From sequence record NC_047767.1: a stretch of DNA of 64,000 bases, one strand, 5' to 3'. Both the position numbers and the translations under genes were made by a program. The stretch comes from Staphylococcus phage vB_SscM-1. Under the pieces are notes generated by a model. It was not told the origin of the DNA. It saw only the letters and a program-made list of their open reading frames with translations, and ran no database searches. The first letter of the stretch is position 1; every line of letters begins with the position of its first letter. Shown here one piece after another: positions 37,798 to 46,567 of this stretch.

Positions 37798-38833
37798 TAT
37801 GATACCTACACTCAACTTAGTGCTTACACTTAAGATAGCCTAAGGTTTACAAATGTTTAGTTTATATGCATTTCAGCATTTGGCACGGTATCCTACCTTT
37901 TCCCTTCATTTTCTTAAGACAAATGCTATAACCTCACGATTATAGAGACTGTGTTTAAGCACACAGTTAAGCTACTATTGTAATTTCATTATACCATATT
38001 ACTTGTTGTTTGTCAACTTCTTTTTTGTATTAAAAAAGTACACCTAGGAAACCTATACCATAATCTTATAGTGTACTGTGGTTTTTTATCTTAGGCTCGA
38101 AGCAACTCGGTACCTAAGAAAGGAAAATATGTATTTCTAGCAGGAAGTTTAGAAAGGATGTTGATATACCAATGTATAACGCTTTAATTAGAGAGGAGTT
38201 AACTTCCTGCTAGACATTATCAGTAAAGGAGTTTTAAGTCTGATAATATGTTTATGTTATTAAAAGAGGAATGATTCTGTTGTATTCTGATTAATACAAC
38301 TAAATATCCAAGCATAGCCCTTCTCAGGGGGAACTACCCAGTAAGAAACAGTATTAGACGACCTAGTGTAAGAAGATTCTATACGGTTGCAAGTCGTAGT
38401 CCATCTTTTACAGCAAAGAGCAATATAGGGGTTAGGTCTTTTACTAACCAACTTTCACACGATATGAAGAATTATAGTAAATTTCTATTTTAGCCTACAT
38501 ATCAAATTTGTTTTGTAATGTGGATTTGTGCTACTTGTACAGGTAACTTTCATTATCAAAACTATTTCTAGTCTCCAACCACATCAGAACTTTAAAGCGT
38601 AGTTTAAAAAGTTTCCGCTAAGAACTCCTTAAACGATTATTCCTGACTGTTACCTTGTCCTATATCCCTTACAGAGTAGTACCAAGCATTCCCCTCGTAT
38701 TAAAAAATACTCTAAGGTAAATGTCTGAGTTCTCACGCAGATTTATTACCTGTGACAATCTTGTACGTTACTCCTATCAGAGAGTTATTCCGTCACTATG
38801 CTTAGATATTTAGTTGTATTATCTTGTATATAT

Positions 38834-38862
38834 AATATAGCATACTTTTAATTCTTTGTCAA
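38834..38862 (-). promoter_or_regulatory. Promoter TTGACA-N17-TATATT inside the ORF-free region
   Basis: Counted on the reverse complement. Confidence 0.5.
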
Positions 38863-39041
38863 GTTCATTTTCAAATTATTTTAAATATGTATGTAGGATT
38901 CCACTATTAATCCTACATGTTTAATTATTTTAAGTGGTTTGATATAAGTTTTAAACTTATAAGAAAAATTGTTATTGTTTATACTGGAAAACAATTTTAT
39001 AAAAACAGTTGTGTAAGGGGTTTTAATTTGTTTGTAAATAC

Positions 39042-39070
39042 ATTATACCATATAATTCTACCCTTGTCAA
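39042..39070 (-). promoter_or_regulatory. Consensus promoter TTGACA-N17-TATAAT firing into the ORF-free region
   Basis: Reverse complement TTGACAagggtagaattatatggTATAAT. Confidence 0.6.
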
Positions 39071-39088
39071 GTTTATTTTAAACTTTTT

Positions 39089-39304
39089 TTATTCTCCTGA
39101 TAATTCTTCTTGTAATTTATCCCAATATTTCTCCGCTTCACTACGATTATCTTCTACGTGCTTAGTTACTTTTCCACATTTGACACAATATAAATCTTTA
39201 ATATGCCCTTCTTCTCTTTTTCTACTTCTCTTACGTGGTACCATAAATACTGAACCACATTCTTTACAGTTTAATTTTGAATAAGTCATTGCTTGTCTTT
39301 TCAT
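39089..39304 (-). CDS. Zinc-ribbon protein (71 aa; CxxC..CxxC)
   Basis: CKECG..CVKCG; RBS AAAAGGA then 9 nt then ATG at 39304. Confidence 0.5.
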   Translation of the reverse strand: MKRQAMTYSKLNCKECGSVFMVPRKRSRKREEGHIKDLYCVKCGKVTKHVEDNRSEAEKYWDKLQEELSGE

Positions 39305-39342
39305 TTTTATCATATCCTTTTCTTGTTTTATTTGTTAATTGT

Positions 39343-39640
39343 ATTATATCATAAATAAAAGTATAAGTCAACAAGTATTTAATATTTTTATTCCTGAGTA
39401 AACTTATAAATTTAATTTATAACTGTATTATACTATATCCTGAGTAATAAGTCAACAGATTATACTAAATTTTTTATATTCTGAGTAAATTAAAAAGTAA
39501 AATCCTTTTATATCAAGGGTTTCAAGCTCTAAATTTTATGTTTAGAAAATAAGGAGTACTCCTAATATATAATACTATATCTATTATAAATAAATAAAAG
39601 AACTTAAATATAAATATATAAATAATAGAGTTAAAGTCAA
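39343..39640 (-). promoter_or_regulatory. Three tandem minus-strand promoters (TTGACT-N17-TATAAT at 39343-39371 and 39427-39455; TTGACT-N16-TATATT at 39613-39640)
   Basis: Each counted on the reverse complement. Confidence 0.55.
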
Positions 39641-39790
39641 CAACTTAATTATTACTAAGTTATCTGAATATTCAATTAACTTTATGTTTAGAAAATAAGA
39701 AACCTTCTAATATATATTACTATATATTTATAATTAAATAAAAGAACTTAAATATAAATATATAAATAATAGAGTTGGAAAAATCAGCAA
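39530..39790. repeat. Two copies of a roughly 110-bp AT-rich direct repeat (..TTATGTTTAGAAAATAAG..AAATAAAAGAACTTAAATATAAATATATAAATAATAGAGTT)
   Basis: Aligned by eye, about 85 % identical; only two copies and no spacer structure, so not CRISPR. Confidence 0.55.
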
Positions 39791-39815
39791 CAAAAAAGTG
39801 ACTTACAAAAAGTCA
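39787..39815 (-). terminator. Terminator AAGTGACTT..AAGTCACTT plus T-run (minus strand)
   Basis: Reverse complement read directly. Confidence 0.55.
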
Positions 39816-39816
39816 C

Positions 39817-40026
39817 TTAGAAAAATAGTTTATAGGATTCAATCATTCGGGTATTTACATATACAGAAGCAGAGTCTATACTGCTTTCAGTAAATACTTT
39901 TACAGTAGGAGTACTAGCTCCACTAATTAGATAATCAATATCTCTGTGTTTAATTGGTTCTTCCTCAGTAGAAACTAAGAAATACTTAGCTCCACTAATC
40001 ATAGTTAGTTCTACATGTTTAATCAT
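39817..40026 (-). CDS. Hypothetical protein (69 aa)
   Basis: ORF track. Confidence 0.45.
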   Translation of the reverse strand: MIKHVELTMISGAKYFLVSTEEEPIKHRDIDYLISGASTPTVKVFTESSIDSASVYVNTRMIESYKLFF

Positions 40027-40038
40027 AATATAATCTCC

Positions 40039-40371
40039 TTATGTGAATTTGTTGAATACGAAAGAAAGTATAGCACCCAGAACAAGAAGCAAAACTTTCT
40101 CAGTAGTATCTTTTTTCTTATCATCTTTACTTTTAGTATTCTTTTTAAGTTCTTCAATCTTTTCATCTAACCTATCAAGCTGAACATATATAGCAGATTG
40201 TTTCTCAGAATTAACAGCTAGGTCTTTGTCTAAATCATGTATAATGCTTTTAAGTCTTTCTACATCTTCATCCAGTGACTTATAAGTTTCTTTATCAATA
40301 TAACCCTTTTCTTGTATTTGATTCCTTATTTTTTCTATTTGTTTAACAAGGGATTCAACATTTTGGCTCAC
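40039..40371 (-). CDS. XhlA-like coiled-coil protein with C-terminal TM segment (possible lysis accessory protein)
   Basis: N-terminal coiled-coil, C-terminal VLLLVLGAILSFVF; architecture only. Confidence 0.35.
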   Translation of the reverse strand: MSQNVESLVKQIEKIRNQIQEKGYIDKETYKSLDEDVERLKSIIHDLDKDLAVNSEKQSAIYVQLDRLDEKIEELKKNTKSKDDKKKDTTEKVLLLVLGAILSFVFNKFT

Positions 40372-40383
40372 TTATAATCACCC

Positions 40384-40704
40384 CTAAACACAATCGGCTT
40401 CAGAATAAATACTATATTCATCAAGAAAAGTACTTATTATATTTTTATAATCCTGGGTAATGATTTTACCATAAGAAGTCTTTACATCAATTACAAAAGT
40501 AATCTTTCCGAAAGTATCAAGGTTTAGCTCACATATAACCTCGTTTGGGTTATCCGAAGGTAGAAAATAATAATCAAAGTGTAGAATAGAACCATTTGTC
40601 AAAAGTCTATTAATTCTATATATGTGGTAAAAATCCCTATCCCCATTAAAATAAGACAAGGACTCTTTAAATTCTAACTTTAATGTATCTTTATACTTTA
40701 TCAA
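40384..40704 (-). CDS. Hypothetical protein (106 aa)
   Basis: ORF track. Confidence 0.5.
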   Translation of the reverse strand: MIKYKDTLKLEFKESLSYFNGDRDFYHIYRINRLLTNGSILHFDYYFLPSDNPNEVICELNLDTFGKITFVIDVKTSYGKIITQDYKNIISTFLDEYSIYSEADCV

Positions 40705-40741
40705 TCTTCAAACCTCCTCCACCATTTAATTTTTATATCTA

Positions 40742-41005
40742 TCACTTGTGTGGTATAATAGTAATGATATAAGATACTACAACAATAATAAGTAATATAA
40801 TTATTATGAATATATTCTCATGTACAATAAGAAATATATTAAAGCTTGACATTAAATATATTCCTAAAACATATGATGCCTGTAATTTTATATAGTAAAA
40901 GTACCTCATGTAAATATACCTACTAAGATTATCAATGGTGTTATTCAGTGCTATAAAATAGAACCAGAATAGAGGTAAAGATATACCGATAGCTAAGTAA
41001 GTCAT
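40742..41005 (-). CDS. Small multi-TM membrane protein (87 aa), holin-like candidate
   Basis: Three hydrophobic segments; lies near the lysins. Confidence 0.35.
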   Translation of the reverse strand: MTYLAIGISLPLFWFYFIALNNTIDNLSRYIYMRYFYYIKLQASYVLGIYLMSSFNIFLIVHENIFIIIILLIIVVVSYIITIIPHK

Positions 41006-41159
41006 TTACAGCAACACCAATCTATATAATATAGAGTATCCATATATTACCTATTAAATACCTGGATTACATAACTAATATAACATTCACAAACTTTTAC
41101 AAAGGAGGAATGTTAGATTAATAAGTGTAGCAAAATTTACCAAAGGAGGTCTCTAGGAC

Positions 41160-41546
41160 TTGTTTAATAACGTTTTTAAATTAATAATAAAGACAGTAAT
41201 CATCATTATATTCTTATTACTCATTCTATCTATTAATAACGCAATAGCTCTTATCTTTGGTATTAGACCTCAAACAGTAATAGCTTACGCTTTAGTAGGC
41301 GTAGGAGCTTCATATATATCTTTGATGTTCTATGATAGAGCAGTAGAGAAGAAGGAAGACCCTCTACCAGAGTATATACTCAAAGAAGTTGAAATTACAA
41401 GAGAAGAAGTAGAAGTTCTTAAATCTATTATACACGAGAAGATAGATATGAGCGACACAACAGAAGAGGAGATAAGAGTTCGTGCTAAAGTAAGGGAGAG
41501 GGAAAAACGTGAAAGAGAAAACCAGAGCAGAAGTAAAGAAAGCTAG
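41160..41546 (+). CDS. Membrane protein with basic RE-rich C-terminus (128 aa; TTG start)
   Basis: RBS AAAGGAGG then 9 nt then TTG; TM N-terminus. Confidence 0.45.
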   Translation: MFNNVFKLIIKTVIIIIFLLLILSINNAIALIFGIRPQTVIAYALVGVGASYISLMFYDRAVEKKEDPLPEYILKEVEITREEVEVLKSIIHEKIDMSDTTEEEIRVRAKVREREKRERENQSRSKES

Positions 41547-41778
41547 GAAGGAACTACTAAAGTCTGCAGAGGTTAAATCCATAACCTATAAAGGTGATAA
41601 ACGTATATCAAGCCCTAGTAGGGTATGTGGCGTGTGTAGAGCACCTCTATCAGGCATGAATTACGTGGAGGGTGTTGTACTATCAAAAAAGAAACACATC
41701 CACTTACAGTACTCTAAATTCCTTTATATAGACATATGTTATAACATCACAGACTGCTACAGAAATTTAAAGATATAG
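41509..41778 (+). CDS. Basic protein with a CxxC motif (89 aa; GTG start; overlaps the upstream gene by 38 nt)
   Basis: RBS GGGAGAGG; the overlap makes this uncertain. Confidence 0.35.
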   Translation: MKEKTRAEVKKARKELLKSAEVKSITYKGDKRISSPSRVCGVCRAPLSGMNYVEGVVLSKKKHIHLQYSKFLYIDICYNITDCYRNLKI

Positions 41779-41789
41779 GAGGTAATGAC

Positions 41790-42209
41790 TTGAATTCTAA
41801 AAATATAAGAGAGAAGATGCAGAAAAAGAAAGCACAAGAAGAGGATGCAAGACAAGCTATCACTAATGGTTTTATGCACAATATACACAAGTTAATGATG
41901 GACTTTAGTAAGAAAGTAGATAGCAATCAAATAGAAATAAAAGATACAAATGATTTGTATAAACTGTATGTTATCTTTAGCCAAATGAGTCAGTTGGATA
42001 ATAATGGTAATGAAGGCGGAGGAGCCTTACCACAATTATCAAGTACACAACAGCAAGTATTTGAAGATATCATAGACAACTCAGAAATAGACTCTGAAGA
42101 GGCAAAAGTAGACTTACAGAAAATTTCAGAAATGACAGAAGATGAGATTACTCAAATGATTTTAGAGAAAGAACAAATCATGAATGAAGAGAATTCTCAA
42201 ACATTCTAA
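41790..42209 (+). CDS. Hypothetical protein upstream of terL (139 aa; possible small terminase subunit)
   Basis: Position only; RBS AGGAGG then 7 nt then TTG. Confidence 0.35.
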   Translation: MNSKNIREKMQKKKAQEEDARQAITNGFMHNIHKLMMDFSKKVDSNQIEIKDTNDLYKLYVIFSQMSQLDNNGNEGGGALPQLSSTQQQVFEDIIDNSEIDSEEAKVDLQKISEMTEDEITQMILEKEQIMNEENSQTF

Positions 42210-42221
42210 GGAGAGATATGA

Positions 42222-42566
42222 ATGGATGGAAAGAAAATATTAAAAATAGCTCAAGAAACATTTGGTACTGAGGAGATAACAAGAGAACAATTAGACCACA
42301 TTATCAACATGTTAAATCCCTCAACATATATGTTAAGGTACCATACTTTAAGAGGGCACCCTATTACATTTAGTATTCCTAATAGGGATAGAAGTAAAGC
42401 ACAGGCACACCGCCCCTGGCAAGTAAAAATCGTAAATGACACCCATCCAAATAAAGTAGTAATTAAAAGCAGACAGCTTGGATTATCGGAAATGGGTGTA
42501 ATGGAGATGGTGCACTTTGCAGACCTTCATAGTTATGCTAACGTGAAGTGTTTGTTTACATTCCCT
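42222..42566 (+). CDS. terL: Terminase large subunit, exon 1 (ATPase Walker A KSRQLGLSE)
   Basis: SRQLG-type Walker A as in T4 gp17; exon end set by P1 pairing of UUCCCU with intron GGGGAA. Confidence 0.6.
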
Positions 42567-42855
42567 AAATAGTTGGGGAATTAAAACTCTGTTAAACGGG
42601 CAAAGCTGAATAATGAATAAGCTGGTAAGAGAACCTAAGTCCAAACGGATAGAGGCAATCCCGTGCTAAATCGAACTAAGGTATATATACCTTAGTTACG
42701 TAAAAGCCTAACGACTAAATTTCTAGGTAGCTATACAAAAGGGTATAGTGAGAACTAGATAAGAAAGCTCTTTATAGAGAAGTAAAGCAGAGAGCTTAAC
42801 ACCAAAACGTTGAGCTAAGATATAGTCTAGTCCGTATATAAATATCACGAAAGTG
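42567..42855 (+). mobile_element. Group I intron 1 in terL (T4 td-like IA2 core, no ORF)
   Basis: GGCAATCCCGTGCTAAAT and GCCTAACGACTAAATTTCTAGG core; P1 with U-G at the 5' splice site; terminal G at 42855. Confidence 0.55.
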
Positions 42856-43041
42856 ACGGTAGTAACGACTAACGAACAAATGAAGAAATTTGTTCAGTCT
42901 AGGTTAAACCCAGTACTAGAGAAGGAATATTTTAAAGATATTGTAAACTGGGACAAAGACTCACTAGGATATAAACAAATAAGAAATTCTAGTATGTTCT
43001 TTAGAACTAGTAGTAAAGCTAGTACTGTCGAAGGTGTGGAT
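42856..43041 (+). CDS. terL: Terminase large subunit, exon 2
   Basis: ..IVNWDKDSLGYKQIRNSS.. aligns with gp17 VEWNKGSIELDNGSS; exon end set by P1 GUGGAU/GUCCAC. Confidence 0.55.
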
Positions 43042-44274
43042 AGGTAGTAAGTCCACATTAAACTCTGTTAAACGGGGAAACCCCTAACGTAAAGACGAGG
43101 GCAATCCCGTGCTAAATGTTGACTTTATATAAAATATATGTTATAATATATTTGTAAGGTTAATTAAATGCCTAACGACTAAATTTCTAGGTAGCTATAC
43201 AAAAGGGTATAGTGAGAACTAGATAAGAAAACCGCCAAGATTATTTTTAGTAAGTAAATAAGTTTATAAAAAAGGAGGGTTATTGTATGGATATGGAGGA
43301 GAAATTTAAAGAAAAACTATATAATTTAGTAAAAGATGAATATACATTAATAGGTAAATACATTAGAAGTACTGAAAAAGTATGCATTAAACACAATAAA
43401 TGTGGCTATGAATGGGATGTATACCCTGGAAATATACTTAATAAAAATACTAGATGCCCTAGATGTGCAGGTAATGCAAAGCTAACACACAGTGATTTTT
43501 TATCTAGAGTTAAACATGTACATGATGATTCTATCGAAGTACTTAGCACATATAAAGGTCAACTTAAGAAAGTAGATTTACAACATGAATGTGGTTACAG
43601 GTGGTCAGCAACACCTAATAACATACTGAGAGGTAAAGGTTGCCCTAAGTGTAGAGGCTCAATGAAGCTAACACAAGAGCAGATAGATTGTAGGATGTCT
43701 GAGTTATTTGAAGGTGAGTATAAATTTTTAGAACCTTATATAAATAGTGACACAGCTATTATGTGTAAACATTCATGTGGTCATACATGGAAGGTAAGAC
43801 CTTACAATTTATTTGGAGGTAGAAAGTGCCCTGTATGTTATAGAAGGTCACAGGGAGAATTATTCATCCAAAATATTCTAGAGACTAACAAGGTTAACTT
43901 TACAATAGAAAAATCATTTGAGGGTTGTAAAGATAAGATAGCACTAAGGTTTGACTTTTACTTACCCGACTATAATTGTGTTATTGAATATGATGGTGAG
44001 CATCATTTCTTAGACAATCGTTACTCTAAAAATTCAGATTCACTAGAAGTGGTGAAAAAGCGTGATAAGATAAAGGATGATTTCTGTAGAGATAATGGTA
44101 TTAATATGATACGCATTCCATATTATATGGATGATTTAAAAGTTAAGGAACTAATATTAGAACTTCTTGGCGGAAGTAAAGCAGAGAACCTTTCACCTAA
44201 TAGAAAGGTTATGATATAGTCTAATCCGACTCTTAAATGAGTGTTAAAGTATTAGGAAACTAACGGTATAAATG
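43042..44274 (+). mobile_element. Group I intron 2 in terL carrying a homing-endonuclease ORF; core nearly identical to intron 1; internal TTGACT-N17-TATAAT promoter at about 43131-43159
   Basis: Same conserved blocks as intron 1; terminal G at 44274. Confidence 0.55.
43287..44219 (+). CDS. Intron-encoded homing endonuclease: three zinc-ribbon modules plus Vsr/DUF559-like nuclease domain
   Basis: Three C..H..CG..W..CPxC repeats; C-terminal RFDFYLPDYNCVIEYDGEHH..KRD; RBS AAAGGAGGG. Confidence 0.65.
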   Translation: MDMEEKFKEKLYNLVKDEYTLIGKYIRSTEKVCIKHNKCGYEWDVYPGNILNKNTRCPRCAGNAKLTHSDFLSRVKHVHDDSIEVLSTYKGQLKKVDLQHECGYRWSATPNNILRGKGCPKCRGSMKLTQEQIDCRMSELFEGEYKFLEPYINSDTAIMCKHSCGHTWKVRPYNLFGGRKCPVCYRRSQGELFIQNILETNKVNFTIEKSFEGCKDKIALRFDFYLPDYNCVIEYDGEHHFLDNRYSKNSDSLEVVKKRDKIKDDFCRDNGINMIRIPYYMDDLKVKELILELLGGSKAENLSPNRKVMI

Positions 44275-45567
44275 ATTGACTACCTTTCACTCGATGAGTA
44301 TGACCGTGTAAATGCACTTGCTGAGTCCTCAGCATTAGAGTCTATGTCTTCTTCCCCTTTCAAAGTAGTAAGGAGATGGAGCACTCCTACAGTTAAAGAT
44401 TATGGAATAGATAAGTTATACAAACAATCAGACCAATGGTTTTATGGTTATGACTGTAAACACTGTGACCATTTTAATGAAATGAAGTATGAAGACTACA
44501 ACCCAGATGATTTATCCGCAAGTGGAAATGTTCTTCTAGTTAACCCAGATGGAATAGATGAAGAAGCTAAGACTGTTCAGGATGGAACATATCAATATGT
44601 GTGTCAAAAGTGTGGTAAACCTTTAGAAAGATGGTATTCTGGTAGATGGGCTTGCAAGTATCCTAGCAGAACTGAAAATAACAAAGGTATAAGAGGATAC
44701 TTTATAAGCCAACTTAACGCTGTATGGATTTCTTTAGATGAGATTAAAGAAAAAGAAATGAGAACAGAGTCTAAACAAGCATTTTATAACTACATTATAG
44801 GAGCACCTTTCGAAGATGTAAAAATGAAAGTGTTAGATGGAGATATCCTGGATAATAAATCACCATTTGCTAAGAAACAATTATTTAATAGAGATAGATA
44901 CAAGTACATTTCAGTAGGTATAGATTGGGGAAATCATCATTGGGTAACAGTTCATGGTATGACACATGATAATAAGGTAGACCTTATTAGACTGTTTAAT
45001 GTTAAGAAAATGAGTAGACCTGATTTAGTAGAAGCAGACTTAGAGAAGATAATGTATGAGATATCAAAATATGACCCTGATATAATTGTAGCAGATAACG
45101 GAGACTCAGGTAACAATGTTCTTAAACTCATAAATAGATTTGGAGAAGATAAAGTATTTGGATGTACTTATAAATCTTCACCAAGGTCATCAGGACAACT
45201 TAGACCAGAGTTTAATGAGAAAAAGAATACTGTAACAGTAGATAAGCTAATGCAAAATAAAAAGTATATACAAGCATTAAAAACAAAAGATATTAGGATG
45301 TACCAAGAAGTAGATGATGACTTAAAACTTTATTTAAAACATTGGCAAAATGTTATAATTATGGATGAAGAAGATGAAAAGACAGGAGATATATACCAAA
45401 TAATTAAAAGACGTGGAGACGACCATTATAGTCAGTCAGCAGTTATTGGGTATATAGGTATTAATAGACTTTTAGATTTAGAAACTAAAACTAAAGGTAC
45501 TAACTTTGAATCTACATTTGTATCTACTGATTACAACACAGAAGATAATCCCAAATATCATATTTAG
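44275..45567 (+). CDS. terL: Terminase large subunit, exon 3 (Walker B plus nuclease domain)
   Basis: Junction ..TVEGVD/IDYLSLDEYDR gives a hhhhDE Walker B; 431-aa ORF. Confidence 0.6.
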   Translation: MDYLSLDEYDRVNALAESSALESMSSSPFKVVRRWSTPTVKDYGIDKLYKQSDQWFYGYDCKHCDHFNEMKYEDYNPDDLSASGNVLLVNPDGIDEEAKTVQDGTYQYVCQKCGKPLERWYSGRWACKYPSRTENNKGIRGYFISQLNAVWISLDEIKEKEMRTESKQAFYNYIIGAPFEDVKMKVLDGDILDNKSPFAKKQLFNRDRYKYISVGIDWGNHHWVTVHGMTHDNKVDLIRLFNVKKMSRPDLVEADLEKIMYEISKYDPDIIVADNGDSGNNVLKLINRFGEDKVFGCTYKSSPRSSGQLRPEFNEKKNTVTVDKLMQNKKYIQALKTKDIRMYQEVDDDLKLYLKHWQNVIIMDEEDEKTGDIYQIIKRRGDDHYSQSAVIGYIGINRLLDLETKTKGTNFESTFVSTDYNTEDNPKYHI

Positions 45568-45581
45568 GAAGTGAAATAAAC

Positions 45582-46406
45582 TTGACAATTAAAACAATTA
45601 ATGATATAATAAGTAATGTAGATTTAACTACTAAATCTATGGATGAGAATAAACTGTTTTTCTATACAGGTAAATTCTTCTCCATGGAGGATGTTATTGA
45701 TAACTTAGATAAATATAATGTTGTTTATGAGCAAGTATATAAAAGTTATGGATTTAATAACTTTTATGATATGTTCATTTACGCAGACTCCAATACTGAT
45801 AAAGTATATAAAGGAGGAAACAAAGAATTATCTAAGCTTAATAAGGTTAAAAGAAAAGTAATGAGAAATGGCAAAATGATAGAGATGACTGTGTATGAGG
45901 CTAATGGTAATGAAGAAGAAGGTAAAGATAAACAACCATCTTCAGAAGATACTTCTACACCTAGGTCAGCTATCGGAGCAAAAGCAAAAGATAATGGTAA
46001 TGGAGATACTAAGGTAAATCCTAAAAAATTAGCAACCACTTTAGGACAACTAAAGAATTCAGGAGCTAATATTGAAAATGTGAGACAAGATGCTGATATG
46101 TATAGAGAATACACTGATGAAAATGGAGAAACGATAGGTTTGTCTGTTTTTAAAGAAGACGATAATACAATCACATTAGGAGGTTTCACTGGAGCAGAAG
46201 ATGTAACAGGACTAGGTATAAGGTCAGTTATGGAACTTATAAAACTAGGAATACAGAAAGAGAAAGGTATAATTGTAGAAGGTATAGACTCAGTAGAAGC
46301 AGAAGAGTTTTTAAAAACTTTGGGGTTCAAAAAAACTCAAGAAGTTTATAAGATGAGTAAAAAAGATGTTAAAGGATTTATTGGAGACTATGGAGACTTT
46401 TTATAG
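45582..46406 (+). CDS. Hypothetical protein (274 aa; TTG start coincides with a TTGACA-N17-TATAAT promoter-like sequence)
   Basis: ORF track; start uncertain. Confidence 0.45.
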   Translation: MTIKTINDIISNVDLTTKSMDENKLFFYTGKFFSMEDVIDNLDKYNVVYEQVYKSYGFNNFYDMFIYADSNTDKVYKGGNKELSKLNKVKRKVMRNGKMIEMTVYEANGNEEEGKDKQPSSEDTSTPRSAIGAKAKDNGNGDTKVNPKKLATTLGQLKNSGANIENVRQDADMYREYTDENGETIGLSVFKEDDNTITLGGFTGAEDVTGLGIRSVMELIKLGIQKEKGIIVEGIDSVEAEEFLKTLGFKKTQEVYKMSKKDVKGFIGDYGDFL

Positions 46407-46548
46407 TATAATAGTAGTCTATACAATTATATTTTTCACATACACAATTTCAAAGACCTACCATAACATTGTTAGCCTATCTAATCATAAGAAGATTGAT
46501 AGTAGCTTAACAGAACTAAAAAAGGATATAGAAAATTTATTAAAGTAA
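46366..46548 (+). CDS. Small membrane protein (60 aa)
   Basis: TM segment FYSIIVVYTIIFFTYTI; overlaps the upstream gene. Confidence 0.35.
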   Translation: MLKDLLETMETFYSIIVVYTIIFFTYTISKTYHNIVSLSNHKKIDSSLTELKKDIENLLK

Positions 46549-46567
46549 AGGAAGAGGAAATTATATT

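Larger units (their letters stand above)
36411..39041 (-). ncRNA. Candidate large structured non-coding RNA locus or decayed tRNA array (2.6 kb without ORFs, promoter-driven, hairpin-dense)
   Basis: No ORF longer than 63 aa in six frames; minus-strand consensus promoters at 39042-39070 and 38834-38862; internal repeated modules; see findings. Confidence 0.4.

Noticed and set aside
38260-38451. 63-aa ORF inside the ORF-free region
   Set aside because: Low-complexity sequence with no RBS, lying inside a hairpin-rich non-coding stretch. Most likely a chance open frame.
36411-39088. Group II intron or retron as explanation for the ORF-free region
   Set aside because: No reverse-transcriptase or maturase ORF anywhere nearby, and none of the group I core blocks seen in the terL and tube introns (AATCCCGTGCTAAAT, AACGACTA) occur on either strand.
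39530-39790. Possible CRISPR array
   Set aside because: Only two long (about 110 bp) AT-rich repeat copies with no short repeat-spacer periodicity. Interpreted as a duplicated regulatory or origin element.
45779-46330. 183-aa antisense ORF inside gene 45582-46406; similar antisense ORFs at 47333-47917, 51686-51919, 54138-54474, 20694-21245, 8519-8713, 33049-33273, 28044-28298 and 31230-31412
   Set aside because: These are shadow ORFs on the opposite strand of well-supported genes. They lack RBSs, are low-complexity (S/L/F-rich), and several arise from the E/K or TEEPS repeat regions.
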